This document shows positions 58,576 through 64,000 of a DNA stretch of 64,000 nt, piece by piece. Position numbers and translations under genes: made by a program. The stretch's first letter is position 1, and each line of letters opens with the position of its first letter. Under the pieces are notes generated by a model, which saw nothing but the letters and a program-made list of their open reading frames with translations, did not search any database and was not told where the DNA came from. The stretch comes from Bryobacterales bacterium (GTDB lineage Bacteria > Acidobacteriota > Terriglobia > Bryobacterales > Bryobacteraceae): NCBI GenBank assembly GCA_963760575.1, contig CAVXEM010000004.1, positions 8,299 through 72,298 of the forward strand, given 5' to 3'.

Positions 58576-59412
58576 ATGATACGGTACGGCCGATGCGGAA
58601 AGCTGTTAGTAGCGAGCTTGGTATTCGTCGGAATGGCGGTGGCGCAGGCGCAGCCTCCATCGGGACCGACCCGCGATAGTGCACCCCCAGGCGGCGCGCC
58701 GCCGCCGGCGCTGCCGCCTCTGCCGGCCGACGCACCCAAACCTTCGCCTGATCCCAGAAACCTGGAGGGCACTTGGTTTCACGATCAGCGCTTGGTATTT
58801 CGGGTTGAGACCGACCTGTACGGCAACCGCCTGCCCTTTACAGCCAAGGGGCAGCGCATCCGCGATCGCCGCGTTAAATCGACCTATGAAGATGGCTTGC
58901 CTTATGCCAACGCCTCGGCGGAATGCAAGCCTCCCGGGCAGACCTGGCAGCTCGATTTGAACTTCCCGTTTCAGATCTATCAATCGAGCAAAGAGATTGT
59001 GTTTGTGTTCCAGGAATATCACGGCATGTGGAATATCCGCATGAATCAGCCGCATCGGAATTCGGGCCCCCGCGAATACTTCGGAGACTCCGTGGGCCGA
59101 TGGGACGGAGACACGCTGGTGGTCGATACCGTCCGCTACAAACAAGGGCTGTGGATCGACGTGGACGGCACACCGACGTCCGCCGAGGCGCACCTGATAC
59201 AGAGGATACGCCGTATCGACTACGGCGGTCCCAAGCTCGAAATTCTCACCACGGTCGATGATCCGGAAATGTATACGACGCCTTGGTCGATCGTCCGCAC
59301 CTTCGCATGGCGCCCGGACAAGGTGATCTTCGAGGAATACAACTGCGAATGGCAGGTGGGAACGCCTGGCGCATTGACGCGCTATGGCCTGGTTCCGGAA
59401 CCCGAGGAGTGA
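58576..59412 (+). CDS. Exported protein, 'GDTLVVET' secreted family, copy X2
   Basis: The ATG is preceded by GAGGAG. Signal ...LLVASLVFVGMAVAQAQ. ...LEGTWFH...CKPPGQ...GDSVGRWDGDTLVVDTVRY...TVDDPEMYTTPWS...EEYNCEW. Confidence 0.65.
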   Translation: MIRYGRCGKLLVASLVFVGMAVAQAQPPSGPTRDSAPPGGAPPPALPPLPADAPKPSPDPRNLEGTWFHDQRLVFRVETDLYGNRLPFTAKGQRIRDRRVKSTYEDGLPYANASAECKPPGQTWQLDLNFPFQIYQSSKEIVFVFQEYHGMWNIRMNQPHRNSGPREYFGDSVGRWDGDTLVVDTVRYKQGLWIDVDGTPTSAEAHLIQRIRRIDYGGPKLEILTTVDDPEMYTTPWSIVRTFAWRPDKVIFEEYNCEWQVGTPGALTRYGLVPEPEE

Positions 59413-59415
59413 CTC

Positions 59416-59919
59416 ATGAAGATGCAACGCAACTGGCACTTGAGTTTGACGGCGGTGGTGTTGTTCGGTGCCGCTCCAGCCCCGGCCCAAGCGCCCCAAG
59501 AAGCAGCTAACAAAAAATTAGTGCTGGATTTTTACAATGAACTCTACAAGGGGGAAGCCGACGGCAATCTGAAGGATCGGATTGCAGGCATAGCGGAGAA
59601 GTATATGCTCCCCGATTATATTCAGCACAACCCAGCGTTTGGCGGTTCCGGTGGTGGGCGTGAAGCGTTCATTCGCGCGATGCAACAACAGCCGGCGCGG
59701 CCGCCAAACCCAAACTTTAAACCTCCGGAAACCGTTGCGGTCATGGCGGAAGGCGACCGCGTGATGCTATTCACCAAGCGGGAGGTCCCGGCTGGCAGAG
59801 ATGGTCAAGTGGCGTCTGTATACATCTTCAACATGTTTCGTATAAAGGACGGCAAGTTTGCAGAGCACTGGGACGCGGGAGCCGGACCGCCGGGCGGTGG
59901 CACCCGCGAGTCCCGCTAA
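59416..59919 (+). CDS. Exported SnoaL/NTF2-like protein (paralog of 56675)
   Basis: The ATG lies 3 nt after the X2 stop. A signal peptide is present. ...NKKLVLDFYNELY......KYMLPDYIQHNP...FNMFRIKDGKFAEHWD. Confidence 0.7.
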   Translation: MKMQRNWHLSLTAVVLFGAAPAPAQAPQEAANKKLVLDFYNELYKGEADGNLKDRIAGIAEKYMLPDYIQHNPAFGGSGGGREAFIRAMQQQPARPPNPNFKPPETVAVMAEGDRVMLFTKREVPAGRDGQVASVYIFNMFRIKDGKFAEHWDAGAGPPGGGTRESR

Positions 59920-60122
59920 ATTTGAAGAGGACACTTAGATGGCCGTAGAAAATGGCCGGTCGATGACCTTTGGATTGAGCTAGCCAGGCAATCCGAACCA
60001 GGCGCTTACGTAAACACAAAAACCGCCCCAACCGTGGATGCAAAAACGCGTGCTGCTGGTCCAGACAACACCTACCTAAGAACCTCTATCGGTCCCGTAG
60101 CGCGAGCAGGGCATGCAGGGTA

Positions 60123-60332
60123 GAGGAGCAATTCCACCGCGTCGACCGGGACACCCTGGAACTGTCGATGACGATTGATGATCCTAAGGTGTACACGAGG
60201 CCTTGGGTAGCTCTCGATCAGTTGCGTTTCAAGTTGCAACCACCGAATACGGATATCCGCGAAATGCTATGCTCACCCTCAGAGATTGCCGCCTATAACC
60301 GGAAACACGCCGCTCCCGGTGCGGGAAAATAA
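60123..60332 (+). pseudogene. 3' remnant of a 'GDTLVVET'-family gene
   Basis: Only the family tail is present: EEQFHRVDRDTLELSMTIDDPKVYTRPWVALDQLRFKLQPPNTDIREMLCSPSE...*. The upstream frame translates to non-protein-like sequence, and there is no N-terminal part or signal peptide. Confidence 0.55.
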
Positions 60333-60342
60333 TCGAGGGAAT

Positions 60343-60783
60343 ATGAGTTTGTTGAAGAACGCCTACAACTGGAGACCCTACTTACTGAGTCTGCTGCGTA
60401 TTGGAGTCGGGTTGGTGTTTTTCCAGCATGGTGCCGAGAAACTCTGGGGATTCGCTGGCGCACGAACGGTTGGCATGCATTTCACTTTAATTGGACTTGC
60501 CGGACCGCTCGAAGTCGGAGGTGGGCTATTACTGGTGCTTGGACTGTTCACGCGCACAGTTTCGTTCATTCTCTGCGGAGAAATGGCAGTAGCCTATTTC
60601 ACGTTGTGGGCGCCTCGTGGATTCTTTCCCATTAACAATGGCGGCGAAGAAGCGGTGATCAATTGTTTCCTATTTCTTTGGCTTGTCACAGCCGGACCGG
60701 GCCCCTGGAGCCTGGACGATTTATTTCACGGAAATTACAAGAAGACGAAGGCCGATCTCAAGCCGACGGGCACGCGGATTTGA
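60343..60783 (+). CDS. DoxX-family membrane protein
   Basis: ...LLSLLRIGVGLVFFQHGAEKLWGF...GPLEVGGGLLLVLGLFTR...NGGEEAVINCFLFLWL...GPGPWSLD. Confidence 0.8.
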   Translation: MSLLKNAYNWRPYLLSLLRIGVGLVFFQHGAEKLWGFAGARTVGMHFTLIGLAGPLEVGGGLLLVLGLFTRTVSFILCGEMAVAYFTLWAPRGFFPINNGGEEAVINCFLFLWLVTAGPGPWSLDDLFHGNYKKTKADLKPTGTRI

Positions 60784-60813
60784 TGCCAGCCGCGAGCAAG
60801 CGCGGAAAGGAGT

Positions 60814-61266
60814 ATGCACATGACTGAGGCAATTAGTTCTTGGGAAGGGTACGCACGATCGGTGCTCCGAATCATACTTGCCTTTGTGTTTTCGCTGCAT
60901 GGATACCGCCACCTCTTCGACGCGTTCCCGCGACTGGGCGGCCGTCGGGGCGCGGTACCGATGGCGCTGGACGCATTGCCGTCCGTGGTTGGCGTCTTGG
61001 AAATCGGCGGCGGACTGTTATTACTAATCGGACTATTCGCCCGATCCACGGCCCTAGTCCTATGTTGCGAATTGCTGGTCGCCTATTTTTTTGTGGCGGC
61101 GCCCCGAGCGATATGGCCGATCCGCAACGGTGGAAACGAAGTGATCCTCTATTTCTTGGCCTTTCTATACTTGGCTGTGAACGGGCCGGGTACGTGGAGT
61201 TTGGATCATTCTCTAGAAGAGCCTAGGGCGGAATTGGCTGGGCCGAGCGTTCGTGGAAAGACATGA
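60814..61266 (+). CDS. DoxX-family membrane protein (paralog)
   Basis: ...VLRIILAFVFSLHGYRHLF...VGVLEIGGGLLLLIGLFAR...NGGNEVILYFLAFLYL...GPGTWSLD. The second ATG (60820) has better spacing from the AAGGAG. Confidence 0.75.
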   Translation: MHMTEAISSWEGYARSVLRIILAFVFSLHGYRHLFDAFPRLGGRRGAVPMALDALPSVVGVLEIGGGLLLLIGLFARSTALVLCCELLVAYFFVAAPRAIWPIRNGGNEVILYFLAFLYLAVNGPGTWSLDHSLEEPRAELAGPSVRGKT

Positions 61267-61273
61267 GGATCAC

Positions 61274-62419
61274 ATGGTAACTGCACGGAAAGTATTATCG
61301 ATATCGAAACGGGTTCCGGGGCTCATGCTGGCTCTCGCAGTGGGGGTCGGGGCACTTTTGACAGCCGCACCCGGGGCGGCGCAATTGGCTGGCCAGCCTA
61401 GAACGGCTGAGCAAGTTTACAAGAACATCAAAGTGCTTCAGGGAAGCCCCGCCGACAGCTTCAATCAAGGGATGCATCTCATTTCGGGCGCGCTCGGAGT
61501 TAACTGCGAGTATTGCCACGTGGAAAGGGACTTCGTCAGCGACGACGTGAAGAAGAAAGACGTGGCACGCGGGATGATTACCATGACTGCCGAATTGAAT
61601 CAGCGGTCCTTCCAAGGCAAACCAGTGATTACTTGCTATACCTGTCACCAGGGCAACGCCATCCCGGTGAATATGCCGGTGCTTCCGCGACCCCGCTATC
61701 CTGAAGTAAGGAAGGCCGAGCCCGGCTTGCCTTCTGCTTCGCAAATTCTTTCTAACTACGTCGCTGCATTGGGGGGCGAGCAGAATCTGAAGAAGATCAA
61801 AACCCGGCTCATTACAGCGCAACAGGATGTTCCGACCGGACCTGGCGGAGTTAACCCCGCGCCGGCGCAGGTCGAGATCTATCAGAAAGCACCGAATCTT
61901 TTGCTGCGGGTGGCAAAAACCAATCAGGCAACGCTACTGAGTGGCTTCGACGGAACCACGGCGTGGGGGCAAGACCCCAGGGGACGGGTGGTCCCAGCGG
62001 TTGAATTGGAGGCGATTCGCGAGCGCAGAGGCGCTGATCTTTACGAGCCGCTGAATATCGCTAAGGAATACTCGGACTTAAAAGTTGAGGGTACCGAAAA
62101 GGTTGGTGACCTGGAAGCTTACGTTCTCGTCGGCCGGCCTTCCGAAGGTATTCCCGAGCGGTTTTACTTCGATACGAAATCCGGCCTTCTAGTCCGGAGA
62201 CTCACGGTCGTGCCAACAGCGGCCGGCGACAGCCCCTTTCAAGTGGATTACGAGGACTACAGAAATGCAGGAAGCGGGGTGAAGTACCCGTTTCGCATCC
62301 ATATGGAGCCCGCGGGATCCAGAACCGAACTAATAACGCACTCGACGATCCAGGTTCAGCAAATCCAAGAGAATATCGCGATAGACAACGCTAAGTTTGT
62401 AAAACCCGAATCAAAGTAG
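61274..62419 (+). CDS. Exported di-heme c-type cytochrome (reaction-centre-cytochrome-c-like N-terminal module plus a ~230-aa beta-rich C-terminal domain)
   Basis: A GAGGA lies 5 nt upstream. A signal peptide is present. ...VYKNIKVLQG.PA..F...M..IS.ALGVNCEYCH.......D..K.....R.M..M....N........ITCYTCHQG... contains two CxxCH sites. Confidence 0.7.
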   Translation: MVTARKVLSISKRVPGLMLALAVGVGALLTAAPGAAQLAGQPRTAEQVYKNIKVLQGSPADSFNQGMHLISGALGVNCEYCHVERDFVSDDVKKKDVARGMITMTAELNQRSFQGKPVITCYTCHQGNAIPVNMPVLPRPRYPEVRKAEPGLPSASQILSNYVAALGGEQNLKKIKTRLITAQQDVPTGPGGVNPAPAQVEIYQKAPNLLLRVAKTNQATLLSGFDGTTAWGQDPRGRVVPAVELEAIRERRGADLYEPLNIAKEYSDLKVEGTEKVGDLEAYVLVGRPSEGIPERFYFDTKSGLLVRRLTVVPTAAGDSPFQVDYEDYRNAGSGVKYPFRIHMEPAGSRTELITHSTIQVQQIQENIAIDNAKFVKPESK

Positions 62420-62476
62420 GTTCCCCACGCACTTCCCGCAGCAAAGGAGTTTGTACGGTGTCCCATCGGGATTCGT

Positions 62477-62495
62477 TTTGTCATAATACGACTGT
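62477..62495. promoter_or_regulatory. Candidate operator S3 (TTTGTCATA-A-TACGACTGT), effectively a half-site
   Basis: Left arm matches 7/9 and right arm 5/9 versus the perfect palindrome. It shares TCATAATACGA with S1. Confidence 0.3.
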
Positions 62496-62517
62496 TCTCT
62501 TGCACACTGAGTCGCCG

Positions 62518-62536
62518 ATTATCATAGTATGATAAT
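62518..62536. promoter_or_regulatory. Candidate operator S4: perfect palindrome ATTATCATA-G-TATGATAAT, ~140 nt upstream of the 62675 gene
   Basis: Perfect 9-nt inverted arms around a single central base, in a 255-nt AT-rich intergenic region. Confidence 0.45.
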
Positions 62537-62674
62537 TTGATCAGGTTAGCATGGAGCCGACGCATCTTATCAAGAAGAATTTCTCAAACGAATGCTAACG
62601 CTCACGGGCTGGATTGGAACGGCAGGAACCAGCTTAATATAGTAGCGATTGCAGTTGAAGAGTAAGAGGACCTG

Positions 62675-63571
62675 ATGATCAAAAATGCCCGAAAATTTCT
62701 GACCTACTCCGGGTTGTTCTCGTTGGCGTGGCTGTGGGCGGCCCTGCCGGCTTTAGCGCAGATCGACATTTCCGGCGAATGGATGCCGCGGATCCATGAA
62801 GACCAGCCGCATCGCGTTCCGGGGCCGGAGTTGGGCGATTACACGGGACTTCCGATTAATGCCGCAGCCCGCCAGAAGGCCACTAGTTGGGATGCGTCGA
62901 TTTTGTCGCTGCCGGAACGCATGGCGCAGCCGCATCCCGCTCAGTACTTCATGCGCGGGCCGGGGCCGCAAATGCGCATCAGCAAAGTTATCGATGCAGT
63001 TACCCAGACGTTAATCGCATACACGCTCGAGGGCGTATTCGGGCGCGATGACCGCGTGATCTGGATGGATGGACGCCCGCATCCGTCAGAGTATGCCGAG
63101 CACACCTGGGATGGCTTCTCCACCGGCGCGGTTCACGGGAATCAACTTATCATCACCACCACGCATATGAAGTACGGTGTGATTCAGCGCAACGGCGTGC
63201 CCGCCAGCCCTCACGCGACCATGACAGAACAGTTCATCCGGCACGGGGATTACTTGACGCTGGTGTCGATCATAGATGATCCCGTGTACCTCGAAGAACC
63301 GTTCATCCGGACTTCCACGTGGCTGCGAAGCTCGAACCTGACGCTCGACCAGCGCTTCATTTTCGAGGTAGTGGATGAAATTGCCACACGTGCACCGGGA
63401 TCCGTGCCGAGCTATCCGCTGGGAACTAAACAAGACGGCTACGCGCTGAAGCATGGGCTGCCGTTCGAAGCCACGCAAGGCGGCAAGGCCACGACATACC
63501 CGGAGTACGAAATGGTTATCCGCAAGATGCTGGCCAATATGCCGAAGACGCCGATCCAGGCAGCCAAGTGA
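62675..63571 (+). CDS. Exported hypothetical protein, a distant relative of the 'GDTLVVET' family
   Basis: An AAGAGGA lies upstream. Signal ...LAWLWAALPALAQ. ...ISGEW...HTWDGFSTGAVHGNQLIITTTHM...IIDDPVYLEEPF... shows the same order of elements as the family, but diverged. Confidence 0.5.
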   Translation: MIKNARKFLTYSGLFSLAWLWAALPALAQIDISGEWMPRIHEDQPHRVPGPELGDYTGLPINAAARQKATSWDASILSLPERMAQPHPAQYFMRGPGPQMRISKVIDAVTQTLIAYTLEGVFGRDDRVIWMDGRPHPSEYAEHTWDGFSTGAVHGNQLIITTTHMKYGVIQRNGVPASPHATMTEQFIRHGDYLTLVSIIDDPVYLEEPFIRTSTWLRSSNLTLDQRFIFEVVDEIATRAPGSVPSYPLGTKQDGYALKHGLPFEATQGGKATTYPEYEMVIRKMLANMPKTPIQAAK

Positions 63572-63572
63572 G

Positions 63573-64000
63573 ATGGCGATGAAATTCAGGTTAGCAGTTC
63601 CCTTTCTCGTCCCGATGCTGAGCGTGTGTGCGCAACAAGCGCCGATTATCACCGCGCTCACGGCCGAAAGGCCCGAGATCCTGAAGGTGGAAGGGATTGA
63701 GATTCTTCACGTTCAGAAGAACATGTACCTTCTCGCCGGGGGCGGCGCGAACGTCGCGGTCCAGATCGGCGAAGGCGGTGTCCTGGTGGTTGACGCGGGC
63801 AACGAGGGTCAGGGGGAGAAGATCTTCGCGGCGATTCGCCACCTGACGCACAAGCCCTTGCGCTACCTGGTGAACACTAGTCCGGACGCCGATAAAGTCG
63901 GCGGCAATGCCGGCTTGGTGCAGGCGGCCGGGGGGATCACGGGAATCATCGCCGGCGCGGCGGGGCGCCCCGCCAACGCCGGTATCGAAACGATCGCGCA
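63573..64000 (+). CDS. Exported MBL-fold-like protein with a degenerate metal motif; 3' end cut by window edge
   Basis: The ATG lies 1 nt after the upstream stop, and the frame is open to nt 64000. Signal MAMKFRLAVPFLVPMLSVCAQ. ...VQKNMYLLAGGGANVAVQIGEGGVLVVDAG......I..AI..LT.KPLRYLVNTSPDADKVGGN has SPDADK where HxHxDH is expected. Confidence 0.55.
   Translation, partial: MAMKFRLAVPFLVPMLSVCAQQAPIITALTAERPEILKVEGIEILHVQKNMYLLAGGGANVAVQIGEGGVLVVDAGNEGQGEKIFAAIRHLTHKPLRYLVNTSPDADKVGGNAGLVQAAGGITGIIAGAAGRPANAGIETIA

Overview
High-GC bacterial chromosomal window with about 60 protein genes and 2 tRNAs. No transposase, integrase, CRISPR or rRNA was seen. The gene content suggests an Acidobacteriota (Solibacter/Bryobacter-like) genome: an SBBP beta-propeller giant protein, carboxypeptidase-regulatory-like proteins, exosortase/EpsI, many exported hypotheticals and GC-rich intergenic repeats. 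That assignment is inference only. Positions 1-55.3 kb are mostly housekeeping: dut plus a long dCTP-deaminase-like gene, aroB, ubiE, recQ, the bamA/surA-like/tamB operon, thiF, speA, ptrB, hfq-hflX, pgsA, class II photolyase, hmgA and tRNA-Ala. Many neighbouring genes have ATGA/GTGA/TGATG stop-start overlaps. Four things are most worth a second look. (1) The region 3' of tRNA-Ser(GGA), 55.4-64 kb, is visibly more AT-rich. It holds an IclR regulator and three apparent operons of exported or membrane proteins of unknown function: 2 SnoaL/NTF2-like, a DUF6152-like protein with a mature His-His N-terminus, a multi-copy secreted family, 2 DoxX, a di-heme cytochrome c, and an MBL-fold protein with a degenerate metal motif. 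These are tied together by a 19-nt palindromic motif (ATTATCATA-G-TATGATAAT and variants) found in three of its intergenic regions. (2) A small basic exported protein and an acidic partner sit on the opposite strand between speA and ptrB, resembling a toxin/immunity pair. (3) A block of ~47-nt tandem repeats with a long imperfect hairpin lies at 27.16-27.36 kb. (4) Five single-base frame disruptions affect otherwise intact genes, including aroB; most sit in short G/T runs, so assembly error is the likeliest cause. All functional calls come from my own recognition of motifs in the supplied translations. No database search was possible.
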